A stretch of DNA of 64,000 nucleotides, taken from assembly GCA_943787625.1 (NCBI GenBank), contig CALSND010000004.1, forward strand, positions 4,401 to 68,400. The letters run 5' to 3'. Each line of letters begins with the position of its first letter. The stretch's first letter is position 1. Origin of the DNA: an uncultured Gammaproteobacteria bacterium. GTDB taxonomy: Bacteria; Pseudomonadota; Gammaproteobacteria; Ga0077536. The notes under the pieces were generated by a model that was not told the origin of the DNA, searched no databases, and was given only the letters and a program-made list of their open reading frames with translations. Below, piece by piece: positions 31,303-41,843 of this stretch. Both the position numbers and the translations under genes were made by a program.

Positions 31303-31511
31303 TCTGTTCTCCCGTAATATAGTTTAGCCCAAGGCTTAGGCCGTTAATTATCCCGCGTGCAAATCATATATGTTTTCAATACGTTCTAATAAGCCTTTTT
31401 AGTCTACGCGGCTTATAGTTTTTATCATCTGAGCCTATTTGGTATCATATCACTCCGATATCGTTATTCAATACAGTAACGGTCCGCGCGCATAATTGAA
31501 GGAGTTGATAG

Positions 31512-32282
31512 GTGGCGAACCCGATTTCAAGTTTACATATACAGGCTATAAAAGGTATTCCACTAATCCATGATGGCGATCAGTTGGACTCGATTATCCT
31601 GAGCGGTCTTAAATCAAATGGAGTCGAACTTGAAAGCGGGGACATCGTGGTTGTTGCGCAAAAAATAGTATCTAAAGCCGAAGGAAGGTTAGTTAGGCTG
31701 AGTGATGTAAATGCAGGGGAAGATGCCACGAAATTGGCGGAAGAAACTGAGAAGGACCCAAGACTGGTGCAACTCATTCTAAACGAGTCGACTGAGGTAG
31801 TGCGAAAAAAAGCCGGCGTACTAATAGTACGACATAATCTCGGACATATTGGGGCTAATGCTGGTATCGATCAATCAAATATCGAGAATGATGATGAATA
31901 CGCGCTTCTATTGCCCTCCGATCCTGATAGTTCTGCAGTGAAATTGAAATTTCAACTTGATTCTGCATTAGATGTTGACCTAGGGGTGTTAATTGTTGAC
32001 AGCCATAACAGACCCTGGAGGATGGGCACAATAGGTGGAGCAATCGGCTGTGCTGGATTTCAAGTGTTAGACGATCAAAGAGGCGGGGTCGATCTTTTTG
32101 ATAGAGAACTGAAAGTAACGCTTATAAACAGAGCTGATTCCATTGCGGCGTTAGCTACTTTAATAATGGGCGAAACCACAGAGATGACACCAGTCGCGAT
32201 AGTAAAAGGGTTCGCCAATGACGAACTCGATGGCAGAGCAAGTGAGATTAATCGTCCGAAAGAAGAAGATTTGTTCCAATAA
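31512..32282 (+). CDS. cofE: coenzyme F420-0:L-glutamate ligase (stand-alone CofE, no FbiB-type C-terminal domain)
   Basis: GTG start with AAGGAG upstream. CofE blocks VVVAQKIVSKAEGR, GANAGIDQSN, DSHNRPWR. 256 aa. Confidence 0.85.
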   Translation: MANPISSLHIQAIKGIPLIHDGDQLDSIILSGLKSNGVELESGDIVVVAQKIVSKAEGRLVRLSDVNAGEDATKLAEETEKDPRLVQLILNESTEVVRKKAGVLIVRHNLGHIGANAGIDQSNIENDDEYALLLPSDPDSSAVKLKFQLDSALDVDLGVLIVDSHNRPWRMGTIGGAIGCAGFQVLDDQRGGVDLFDRELKVTLINRADSIAALATLIMGETTEMTPVAIVKGFANDELDGRASEINRPKEEDLFQ

Positions 32283-32297
32283 ACTCTGGTAAACAGT

Positions 32298-33257
32298 ATG
32301 AAAAAATTTTTAGCAATTTCTGGTGGAGTCGGCGGAGCAAAACTTGGTCTGGGTTTAACAAAAATATTAAATGAGGACCAGTTGTCATTTCTAGTGAATA
32401 CTGGAGACGACTTTAAGCACGCCGGTGTCAATATTAGCCCAGATATTGATACGTTAATGTATACATTGTCAGGCTTAAACAATCAAGAACTGGGCTGGGG
32501 ACGGGCTGACGAATCTTGGGCTTTTTTGGACTCATTTAAAACTTTAGGAGGAGAATCGTGGTTCCAATTAGGTGACAGAGATCTTGCGGTACATCTGCGT
32601 AGAACTGAGTTACTTGATAGCGGACAATCACTTTCAGAGGTGACAGCTGAGCTTTTTAGTCGACTCGGGGTCAAGTATCGATGCTGGCCAATGAGTGAAA
32701 CTCAGGTATCCACAAAAGTCTATACTGATGATGGTTTGCTGAGCTTCCAACATTATTTTGTGCGTGATCATTGCGGGCACGAAGTCAAATCCATCATGTT
32801 TGATGGATTTGAACAGGCGCAGCCACCACAAGGCCTAATTGATTATTTTGACGACCCAGATTTGGCAGGAGTAATCATTTGCCCCTCTAATCCATATTTG
32901 AGTATTGATCCAATTCTGTCTGTTAAAAGTATCCGTAAAGCATTATCGAGTTGTGGCGCCCCAGTGATAGCGATATCTCCGATAATAAATGGCGAAGCTG
33001 TCAAAGGGCCAACTTCAAAAATTATGGCGGAACTTAAATTAGAACTCTCCGCCAAAACTGTCGCGCTGCACTACGACGGCCTAATCAATGGGTTTGTACT
33101 GGATACACTCGACCAGCAGATAGTTGGCGAAATTGAAGACACGGGATGTGCGGTTTTAGTTACGAACACTATGATGAATACACTAGACGAAAAGGCAGTT
33201 CTAGCGCAGACTGTTTTAGAATTTTGTGATAATTTGGGCGAATTGAAATGTGGGTAG
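32298..33257 (+). CDS. cofD: 2-phospho-L-lactate (or analogue) transferase
   Basis: ISGGVGGAKLGLGL, NTGDDFKHAGVNISPDIDTLMYTL, GWG..ESW, LGDRDLAVHL, CPSNPYLSIDPIL, SPIINGEAVKGP. These are all CofD/FbiA family hallmarks. Confidence 0.85.
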   Translation: MKKFLAISGGVGGAKLGLGLTKILNEDQLSFLVNTGDDFKHAGVNISPDIDTLMYTLSGLNNQELGWGRADESWAFLDSFKTLGGESWFQLGDRDLAVHLRRTELLDSGQSLSEVTAELFSRLGVKYRCWPMSETQVSTKVYTDDGLLSFQHYFVRDHCGHEVKSIMFDGFEQAQPPQGLIDYFDDPDLAGVIICPSNPYLSIDPILSVKSIRKALSSCGAPVIAISPIINGEAVKGPTSKIMAELKLELSAKTVALHYDGLINGFVLDTLDQQIVGEIEDTGCAVLVTNTMMNTLDEKAVLAQTVLEFCDNLGELKCG

Positions 33258-33949
33258 TTGTTCCCGTCAAACGATTTTATAACGCAAAAACCCGGCTAGC
33301 AAACATCCTATCCGACGCGGAGCGAGAATCACTTGCCCAAGTTATGCTTAATGATGTACTTTTGGCTATCTCTAATTCTCATTTGGTATCTGGCATTCTT
33401 GTAATCTCAACTGAAATCCGAGCACGCTACTCAGTGGAGAGGTTAGGAGGACTTTTTTTAGAAGAAAAGCAAGCCGGCTTGTCGGCTGCGGTCGCGCAGG
33501 CTGGGGGTTGGCTTTCTAAGCACGGTCAGCGTGGGCTAATGATGATTCCCGGTGATGTGCCACTGGTAAGAAGCGCGGATTTAGATCATATTATTCAAAG
33601 TCACGATAGTGAGTCAGGTCTAACCATCGTTCCAGATATTGAGCGAGATGGAACAAACGCGTTAGTGGTAAGTCCGGTAGATTTGATTGATTTTTCGTTC
33701 GGTCGGCAAAGTTTTGCAAAGCATTTGAAGGCATCCAAAAAGAAAGGGGTGTCAACAAAGATCCTCGAGTCTAGTGGGCTTTCGTTGGATGTGGATAACG
33801 TGATGGATCTTCAAATGCTATTATCGTTCGATAATGAAACAGAAACACTCGCGTATCTAGCGGATAGCGGTATAGCCAGGCGAGTCTTGCCAAGGTTAGA
33901 TAAGAATGCTGATAATGTGGGTATTGGTGCAGCATCCCGACTCATGTAG
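33248..33949 (+). CDS. cofC: phospho-C3-acid guanylyltransferase (CofC/FbiD type)
   Basis: VVPVKRFYNAKTRL N-terminus and ERDGTNALVVSP. It overlaps the cofD 3' end by 10 nt. 233 aa. Confidence 0.75.
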   Translation: MWVVVPVKRFYNAKTRLANILSDAERESLAQVMLNDVLLAISNSHLVSGILVISTEIRARYSVERLGGLFLEEKQAGLSAAVAQAGGWLSKHGQRGLMMIPGDVPLVRSADLDHIIQSHDSESGLTIVPDIERDGTNALVVSPVDLIDFSFGRQSFAKHLKASKKKGVSTKILESSGLSLDVDNVMDLQMLLSFDNETETLAYLADSGIARRVLPRLDKNADNVGIGAASRLM

Positions 33950-36283
33950 TTGAAAGTGGCGCAGTATGAAAAACAGGTTCTTTTAATGAAACATGAATAC
34001 ATAACACGTGAAGAAGCGTTAGCTTTATCTGATAGAGAAGACCTCGCAACACTTATGGCGCTTGCGGCTGATCTGAGAGATTCAGAGTTTGGAAACTGCG
34101 TCACTTACTCTCGAAAAATTTTCATCCCTTTGACTCAGTTGTGTCGAGACGTCTGTCACTACTGTACCTTCGCAAAGGCTCCAAAAAAATTGGGCAATGC
34201 TTACCTGCCACTTGATCAAGTTGTCGAGATCGCTGTTGAAGGTAAAGCGAGAGGCTGCAAAGAGGCGCTATTTACACTAGGCGAGAAGCCGGAACTTAGA
34301 TACAAAACTGCTAGGACTGCCTTGTCGAAAATGGGTTATGAGACGACCTTAGAGTACTTGCGTGATGCTGCTGATGCAGTCTTTCAAGAGACTGGTATAT
34401 TGCCTCACATGAATCCAGGAACATTGACTTCTGATGAATGCGCTATGCTCAGGAAAGTGTCGCCTAGCATGGGTATCATGCTGGAATCGGCAAGTGAGAG
34501 ATTATGTGAGAAGGGGATGCCTCATTTTGGATCTCCAGATAAGGCGCCAAAAGTTAGACTGGAAACGCTTCGAAACGCTGGTGTCGCCAAAATCCCGTTT
34601 ACTACCGGTATATTAATAGGTATTGGAGAAACTCGTCGGGAGCGTGTTGAATCCCTTTTGGCTATCCGAGACATACATATAGAATACGGTCATATACAAG
34701 AAATTATTGTACAAAATTTTAGAGCAAAGCCTGATACAAAAATGCACAACAACCCGGATCCTGATCTGGAAGAGATGCTCTGGACTCTAGCGATTGCCAG
34801 GATTATTTTTGGTTCGAAAATGAGTATACAAGCGCCGCCTAATCTGAGTCCTGATAGTTTGCCTCGTTTGGTAGAGGCTGGTATCAATGATTGGGGTGGG
34901 GTATCACCGTTAACTCCAGATCATGTAAATCCGGAGGCACCGTGGCCACACTTGGATAAATTATTTGACGACACAGCGGCTGTTGGAAAATTCCTGCACG
35001 AACGACTCACCATTTATCCCCACTATGTGAATAATTCTGGCGAATGGGTTGACGATCGGTTCGTCGCGCCACTGATGCAATGTACGGATTCCGAGGGTTA
35101 TCCTAGAACCGATGATTGGTCACCCGGTGATGAAGTAGAACCCCCTGAATCAATAATCAATTTGATTACCTCTCCCGTTCGGAAGGTTTCTAATGAAGTG
35201 TCGGTCATTTTAGACAAGGTAGTACAGCAGCAGTTACTAGACGACGAGGAAATCTCGAGATTATTTAAAGTTAGAGGTGACGACTTCAGCGCTGTGTGTC
35301 AATTAGCAAACCAACTTAGGGAAACAGCTAATAACGACGAGGTATCATTTGTTGTTAACAGAAACATAAATTATACAAACGTCTGTTATTTCAAATGCCA
35401 ATTTTGTGCTTTTTCAAAAGGCAAGTTGAGTGAAAACCTCAGAGGTAAACCTTATAATTTAGATCATGCAGAAATTCAAAGACGGGTAAAGGAGGCATGG
35501 GATCGAGGTGCGACCGAGGTCTGTATGCAAGGGGGTATACATCCTCAGTATACCGGAGAGACTTATGTCGAAATCCTGAAATCCGTGAAAACTATATCTC
35601 CTGATATGCATGTACACGCTTTTTCACCGCTCGAAGTCTGGCAAGGTGCGGCCACACTGGGTCTTGCATTAGAAGATTACCTACTTCGTTTAAAAGAGGC
35701 TGGTTTGAACACACTCCCGGGTACGGCTGGCGAAGTTTTAGATGATGAAGTCAGAGCAATTATCTGTGCCGATAAAATAAATACTGAAGAATGGTTGAGC
35801 GTGATGAGGGCGGCGCATCATGTCGGGTTTCAGACTACCGCTACTATCATGTATGGGCATGTCGATCGGGCGATCAATTGGGCTCGGCATCTAAGACGTG
35901 TTCGTGATTTGCAGATAGAGACGGGCGGTTTTACCGAATTTGTTCCACTGCCATTCGTTCACATGGAGGCGCCATTATACCTCAAAGGTAAAGCACGGAA
36001 GGGGCCTACTTTCCGAGAATCTATCTTAATGCATGCTGTTGCTCGAGTAGTGCTATATCCCTATATAAAGAATATTCAAACGTCATGGGTAAAGATGGGC
36101 CATTCTGGGGTAGTGGCTTGTCTTAATGCTGGCGCCAATGATCTCGGGGGCACATTAATGAATGAGAGTATTACCAGAGCTGCTGGCGCATCGTATGGTC
36201 AAGAAACATCTCCTGATGAAATGTTGTCTATGATTCGATCAGCAGGTAGAGTGCCTAGGCAGAGAAATACGGCTATACGGTGA
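33950..36283 (+). CDS. fbiC: FO (7,8-didemethyl-8-hydroxy-5-deazariboflavin) synthase, fused CofG/CofH
   Basis: Two radical-SAM cysteine triads, CRDVCHYCTF (N-terminal half) and CYFKCQFCAF (C-terminal half). About 770 aa. The start is uncertain (TTG 33950, GTG 33956 or ATG 33986). The 3' end may be truncated by a 1-nt insertion near 36267; the shifted frame reads ...RNTLYGDVSDERVRAG... to a stop at 36411-36413. Confidence 0.9.
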   Translation: MKVAQYEKQVLLMKHEYITREEALALSDREDLATLMALAADLRDSEFGNCVTYSRKIFIPLTQLCRDVCHYCTFAKAPKKLGNAYLPLDQVVEIAVEGKARGCKEALFTLGEKPELRYKTARTALSKMGYETTLEYLRDAADAVFQETGILPHMNPGTLTSDECAMLRKVSPSMGIMLESASERLCEKGMPHFGSPDKAPKVRLETLRNAGVAKIPFTTGILIGIGETRRERVESLLAIRDIHIEYGHIQEIIVQNFRAKPDTKMHNNPDPDLEEMLWTLAIARIIFGSKMSIQAPPNLSPDSLPRLVEAGINDWGGVSPLTPDHVNPEAPWPHLDKLFDDTAAVGKFLHERLTIYPHYVNNSGEWVDDRFVAPLMQCTDSEGYPRTDDWSPGDEVEPPESIINLITSPVRKVSNEVSVILDKVVQQQLLDDEEISRLFKVRGDDFSAVCQLANQLRETANNDEVSFVVNRNINYTNVCYFKCQFCAFSKGKLSENLRGKPYNLDHAEIQRRVKEAWDRGATEVCMQGGIHPQYTGETYVEILKSVKTISPDMHVHAFSPLEVWQGAATLGLALEDYLLRLKEAGLNTLPGTAGEVLDDEVRAIICADKINTEEWLSVMRAAHHVGFQTTATIMYGHVDRAINWARHLRRVRDLQIETGGFTEFVPLPFVHMEAPLYLKGKARKGPTFRESILMHAVARVVLYPYIKNIQTSWVKMGHSGVVACLNAGANDLGGTLMNESITRAAGASYGQETSPDEMLSMIRSAGRVPRQRNTAIR

Positions 36284-36431
36284 CGTAAGCGATGAGCGGG
36301 TTCGGGCAGGTAGAGAGGCTCAAGAGCTTGAGCTTATCGTGAACACACCAGCGAAGAAATATCAGCGCTCGGATCGAATCCCATTACACCGCCATCGTGC
36401 GGGTATAAAGTAGCTTCGGAGGGAAATTGTA

Positions 36432-37645
36432 GTGAATGTGCCTAAGCATCTAATGAACGGCTATCGCGTGTTGGATATGACTCATGTTTTGGCAGGACCC
36501 AGTGCGACTCGACTGTTCGCGGAGATGGGCGCGGAAGTCATTAAAATAGAATTCCCACCTGATGGAGACATCACCCGTGCACTTCCTGCTATCAAAGAAG
36601 GGCGTAGTGCCTATTTTGCCCAGCAAAATAGGGGCAAGCTCAGTGTTTGTTTGGACGTGAAGACGGAGGAAGGCAAACAAGTACTGAGAGACCTGATCAA
36701 GATATCGGATGTGTTTGTTGAGAATTTTGCTCCTGGAGTGATCAAACGCTTAGGGTTTTCATGGGACGATGTGAAGGCGATTAATCCAAAAATTATCATG
36801 TGCTCAATTTCTGCATTTGGTCAAGAAGGCGAACTATCTGCGCTGCCCGGCTTCGATTATATCGCGCAAGCCTATAGTGGAATAATGGGAATGATTGGAG
36901 AAAAAGACGGCCCTCCCATGTTTCCGATGGCTGGTATAGGAGACGTAATGACTGGCGCTCATGCTGCGTGTGCTGTAGGTTTTGCGCTTCTTCATAGGGA
37001 GAAGGGGGGAGAGGGTCAATACCTAGATATCTCTCTTTTAGATTCCTACATGCATTGTCACGAACTCAATTTACAGGTGTATAGTGCGGCAGGTATTGAG
37101 ACGACGCGGTCGGGTCACCACCATTGGGCTGTTTGTCCTCTGGGACTATTTAAAGGAAAGGATCATTATATCTGCATTATTGCGCTACAACCGCAGTGGC
37201 CTGGTGTTTGTAAGGCAATCGGACGGCCTGAACTGATAGACGACCCCAAATACAGTACTAATGAGAAACGTTTGGAAAATTCGGCAGAGGTTATTGAGAT
37301 TGTTCAATTCTGGTTAGATTTGCAAGATTCTGATGAGTCAATATTAGCGGCATTAGAGTCGGAACGAGTACCCTGTGCTCCAGTCCTTAGTATTCCCGAG
37401 GTTATCAACCACAACCATATGAAAGAGCGAGGGTGTGGTCAGAAAGATCAGCGATCCGAAGTTAGGCGAGGTGGAGGTTCCAGGCATGCCGCTGCGGTTT
37501 TCCGCGTTTGAGCATAACCAACATCTTGGAGACCGCCGCTTTGGGTGAGCACAACTGCGAAGTTTTGAACGGCTTGCTCAAATACTCGCCGCAGAAGACT
37601 GAGGAGCTCAATCAGTCGGGCGTTCTGTATATCGGAATACACTGA
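36432..37645 (+). pseudogene. family-III CoA-transferase with two C-terminal frameshifts (pseudogene or sequencing error)
   Basis: The N-terminus MNGYRVLDMTHVLAGPSATRLFAEMGAEVIKIE is intact. Near 37430 the frame must shift to read GVVRKISDPKLGEVEVPGMPLRFSAFEHNQHL. Near 37530 it must shift again to read ETAALGEHNCEVLNGLLKYSPQKTEELNQSGVLYIGIH, with a stop at 37643-37645. Confidence 0.75.
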
Positions 37646-37659
37646 AACGTAGTAAGTCG

Positions 37660-39194
37660 TTACTGCTGCTGTCGGCTGAGTTCTGTGTCCGCGTCTATAA
37701 ATCTCCTCGAGAAGCTCAGGACAATTGTGCTGACGAGTCCCAGGATTGTTAGAGCCATAAAAATATGAGCGAGCGGCATGGCCTCATAAAGTCCTGCCAC
37801 GCGTCCGCCTGCGTAAGATCCTATCGAACTTGCTAAAAACCAGATACCCATTGTGAGGCTGGCTATTCTCTGGGGAGCGAGTTTACTCATCGCGCTCAAC
37901 CCGACCGGGCTTAAGCACATTTCGCCCATCGTATGCAGTAGGTACATAACCACCAGCCACAATGGGCTTACTAACTTGACCGGAGTCTGCGATTATGGCA
38001 GCGCCAATCATCACGCCATAGCCCATTGATATTAATAGACAGCCCAATCACAAATTTCGCAGTTGTGTTAGGACCCTTTGAACCTAGCTTGAACCACAAC
38101 CAGCTAAAGGCTGGACCCAGGAGAAAAATAATGAAACAGCGGATTCAGCGATTGCATCCAACTGGCTGGGAAATCTGATCCCTACAATCGTCCTCGAGGT
38201 GTTTCGTTCGGCGAACAGCGTCAGTGTTGATCCGCCCTGTTCGAAAAGCGACCAAAACACAGTAGCCGCTAGAAATAGACAGTAGTATCTTGGTCATGAC
38301 TCGCCGTCTGTCCTCCGCGATATTCCAGGATGATCCGAGTAGCCACGCGAAAAACGCAATGGTTGTGCCAAGCAGGATCAAGCCAAAGACATTGCCGAAC
38401 TGAGATGGCGATAGACGAATATTACGCTCACGCTATATATCCACGCAGCGATTAAACTGACACACGAATATCATGACGCACATTCTGAGCGAGAAGCTGC
38501 TTGCCTTCAGGAGGGTCTCCTATTTTCACTAACGTACTTCTGCCATAAACATAGTGCAGGAGCCCCAGCGCCATTCCTACGGCTGCCGCGCCGAAAGAGA
38601 AATGCCAGGCATTGACAGGGTTTATGCCTCGTCGCTAGAAAGTAGTCTCTCGGAAATAGACGCCTTGGCCCAGCCAACCGCACACTAGAGGCGATGCGAA
38701 CGCTCCTATATTTATGCCCATGTAATAAAGCGAGTAGCCGGCATCTCGACGTTGGTCGCGCTCGGAGTAAAGTTGCCCAACCATGGAACTGATGTTTGGC
38801 TTTAGTAAACCTGTACCTATGACTAGTAGGGCCAGTCCGGTATAGAAATACGTGATGCTTAGGGAGTGCCAGTACTATGTGTCCACACATGATGATGCAC
38901 CCACCTACTGAGTGTAGCTCGTCTTTGGCCGACAAAGCGGTCGGCAATCCAACCGCCAGGAAGACAGGCAAGATAAACCATGGAGGTATATATCCCGTAT
39001 ATAGCGCCAGCGTCTGCAACGCCTAAACCCAAACCTCCTTTTGCCAAAGGCGTGGTCATAAAAAGGATTAATATAGCGCGCATTCCATAGTAAGAAAAAC
39101 GCTCCCACATTTCAGTAAAGAAGAGAGTTTGGAGTCCTTTTGGGTGTCCAAAAAAAGTAGGTGTCGTGTCAGTCATTATGCGCTTGTGGTCCAT
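37660..39194 (-). pseudogene. POT/PTR2-family di-/tripeptide:proton symporter, heavily degraded
   Basis: Fragments in all three minus-strand frames. N-terminus: MDHKR...[23 protein letters not shown]...[14 protein letters not shown]. Middle: [15 protein letters not shown]; [64 protein letters not shown]; NAWHFSFGAAAVGMALG. C-terminus: ORF 37660-37962. There is also an in-frame TAG at 38635-38637. The overall length (about 511 codons) is preserved. Confidence 0.8.
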
Positions 39195-39226
39195 GCCATT
39201 TGAGAAATGTAACGTGCGTTATTGCG

Positions 39227-40082
39227 TCACATATTACTAATTTTTTTTCTACTTTTGAATCCTAGGTAAGTCAACAGTGTTAATCCCGCCAGAATTAATA
39301 CCATTCCGACAGAATCGTCTCTTTGTATCGTCTCTCCAAGGTGCCACGAGGCAGTGGCTAAGCGCGATCACTGGAACCAGCAGTGTGAGCATGCTCGTCA
39401 TCCCAGCATTGAGCTTATCAAGCAAATAGACCCACAGTAACCAGCCTAGACCAGTGGATAGAAAACCAGTCGCACAAAGCGCAAAAGTGAATCTAGCTGT
39501 TATTGTTGGGAGCTGTTCGTTCATGAAGAATGCTATAGCAAATAAGCCGATTGCTCCGACTGCCATTTGTGACGCAGTGAGTACGAGAAGATCCATCGGT
39601 CGATTTTCCAGAATATACTTTACAATTATCGATGCTATCGCCCAACTTATCGCCGCGGCTAGGGCAGCTAAGTTACTTGTCGTGATGCCATATAAATCAT
39701 GCGGTTTTAGCATTAAAATTAGTCCAGAGAATGCTAATATTATTGCAAACCACTGTATTCCTCTTATCCGCTCGTCTAGGATTGGCCAAGCTAATAACAA
39801 TGTCCAAAACGGGTAAGTAAACATAAGCATCGATGTTCGAGTCGCTGAGGCATCAACCAGTGCGAATTGTATTAATCCGACTGAGCCAAGGGTATTAAAG
39901 AGACTAAGAAGAAGGATATCTTTATATCTCGATAGCGGAATAGTTCGATGAGTAGCAACTATTACAACAAATAGCATCAAGGAACCGAGTAGGGTCCTCA
40001 AACCGGAAAATACGAAAGGTCCTGAATCTAATAGGCCGATTTTCATGAAAACCCATGAATAACCCCAGAAAAGCGATAGCAC
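39227..40082 (-). pseudogene. EamA/DMT-family transporter with a C-terminal frameshift (pseudogene or sequencing error)
   Basis: Ten-helix hydrophobic profile. Near 39365 the frame must shift to read ...VIAL|ATASWHLGETIQRDDSVGMVLILAGLTLLTYLGFKSRKKISNM, with a stop at 39227-39229. The N-terminus may extend to 40115 (LKNKYTIVAVAV...), but only with a non-ATG codon. Confidence 0.7.
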
Positions 40083-40166
40083 AGCGACTGCTACTATCGT
40101 ATATTTATTTTTCAGCGATAGTCTCCAGGAATAGATTTGGAAATTTAAGGCGCAGGCAAGTCGGGA

Positions 40167-40955
40167 TTAATTCCCCGTAAAATCAGGATCACCTTCATTA
40201 AGATACACGTTTTTCGCGACTTGTTGATCAGAGGTCTTCGCCACGAATAAATGCTGATCTGCATCCATATGCATTAATCCTTGATCCAGCACGCCGCAAA
40301 TATTGTTAATACTACGCTTAATCATTTGCGCGGCGATCGGAGACTTGTTGATATAGTCTTGCGCAAATTTAATACAAGAATCAATCAATTGATCGTCAGG
40401 CACCACACTTTCTAGCAAGCCCCAGCTAAGTAATTTCTCGGAAAAAACTTTCTCGGCTCCAATGACTAAACGTTTAGCCCGAGTAGGTCCGATAAGCCGT
40501 ATGGTCAGAGGTAAGCTTTGCCACATAAGATTTAGTCCTAGCTCTATCTCCGGGTAGTGCATGAATGATTTATCCGTACCTATCCTAAAGTCAGCCGCGG
40601 TCGCAAGACACGCTCCACCGCCGATAGCACCTCCGTTCCACGCGGCGATAGTTATCTGATCCATGGAAAGGATCGCCTTGAGAACCCTTTCGCCCATTCG
40701 CAGTTTTCTCCGAAGCAAAACGATGGGCGTGTCGGTTTTAGTCTCCATTTCGGTGATATCGGCTCCGGAGGAAAAGTGCTTGCCCTCACCTGTAAAAATA
40801 ACGACTCTGGTTTCAGCGTCTTCTCGGAATGAGAGAGCACAGTGCTCAATTTCATTTAAGTGACCATAGCTAAGAGCGTTTGCTGTTTCGGGACGACTAA
40901 ATCTAACGATTGCCAGATGACCATCTCGTTTTACATTCAAGTAGTTATAAGTCAT
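40167..40955 (-). CDS. enoyl-CoA hydratase/isomerase (crotonase family)
   Basis: GEGKHFSSGADI oxyanion motif. 262 aa. Confidence 0.85.
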   Translation of the reverse strand: MTYNYLNVKRDGHLAIVRFSRPETANALSYGHLNEIEHCALSFREDAETRVVIFTGEGKHFSSGADITEMETKTDTPIVLLRRKLRMGERVLKAILSMDQITIAAWNGGAIGGGACLATAADFRIGTDKSFMHYPEIELGLNLMWQSLPLTIRLIGPTRAKRLVIGAEKVFSEKLLSWGLLESVVPDDQLIDSCIKFAQDYINKSPIAAQMIKRSINNICGVLDQGLMHMDADQHLFVAKTSDQQVAKNVYLNEGDPDFTGN

Positions 40956-40964
40956 AACAATGTT

Positions 40965-41843
40965 TTAAAACAAGCCTCCGGCAAGCTCAGATAACTCCTC
41001 GAGCATTGAGGATTGCTCGGAGGATTGCAGCCAAACAACAATACCATCGGCTCCTGCATCGGCTACCGCTGCCATATCAGTTTTTGTTCGGAAAAAACCA
41101 TCAGGGGCAAACATTGTTATGTCTAGCTCGGAGGGGTTTCGGTCGAAAGCTTTCGCATGCTTGGTAATTTCTTTCCTTCCATCAACTAACTCTTGAGGAT
41201 CTACGCTGAAAGGCAACCAGCCATTCCCCCATTTTGCTACACGCTTAAAGACCAATGGGGTACCGATGCTACCTAGGAGAACTGGCGGGTGAGGTCTACG
41301 GTGAGGCATTGGCTTACAAATAATTCTAGGGAAGTCATAATATTTGCCGTGATGCTCAACATACTCGCCAGTCCACAGGGCTTTCATTACGTCAACGTTC
41401 TCTTTTGTTTGCGTCCATCGGTGATCAAAATCACCGCCCAATACTTCACATTCTGGTTTGTTCCATCCGGCACCAATACCCAAGAGGAACCTCCCCTTGG
41501 AATAATGATCGAGGCTGGCAATAGCTTTAGCGGTCATTATGGGATTGCGTTCAGGTAAAAGTGTAATCCCCGTGCCTAGTTCGATCGTGGTTGTGTTCGC
41601 AGACGCCCTGGTCAGAGCAATCAAAGGATCTGGCATTTTGAATAAGTAGTCAGGAGTTTCTTGACCTGGCACTTTCCCGGGATAATCGTCTGCTGAGCCT
41701 TCGGGTATGACGGTATGTTCGGCTGTCCAATAAGAAGAAAAACCAAGTTCTTCAGCTTTTTTTGCTATAACCGCGGGGTCACCAGTCTCCATGTCGGATA
41801 AGACTTGGAAAACTCCCACTTTCATTCCTTTAAATAATTTCAT
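40965..41843 (-). CDS. luciferase-like monooxygenase (LLM) family oxidoreductase, resembles F420-dependent subfamilies
   Basis: ATG at 41843 is preceded by GAGGGG. LLM blocks AEHTVIP, LLPERNPIMTAKAIASLDHYSKGRFLLGIGAGWNKPE, HHGKYYDF. Confidence 0.75.
   Translation of the reverse strand: MKLFKGMKVGVFQVLSDMETGDPAVIAKKAEELGFSSYWTAEHTVIPEGSADDYPGKVPGQETPDYLFKMPDPLIALTRASANTTTIELGTGITLLPERNPIMTAKAIASLDHYSKGRFLLGIGAGWNKPECEVLGGDFDHRWTQTKENVDVMKALWTGEYVEHHGKYYDFPRIICKPMPHRRPHPPVLLGSIGTPLVFKRVAKWGNGWLPFSVDPQELVDGRKEITKHAKAFDRNPSELDITMFAPDGFFRTKTDMAAVADAGADGIVVWLQSSEQSSMLEELSELAGGLF

Noticed and set aside
38507-39019. 170-aa ORF that looks like an Arg/His-rich protein.
   Set aside because: It is a chimeric out-of-frame read through the degraded POT transporter gene. 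Only a short part ([15 protein letters not shown]) is real POT sequence.
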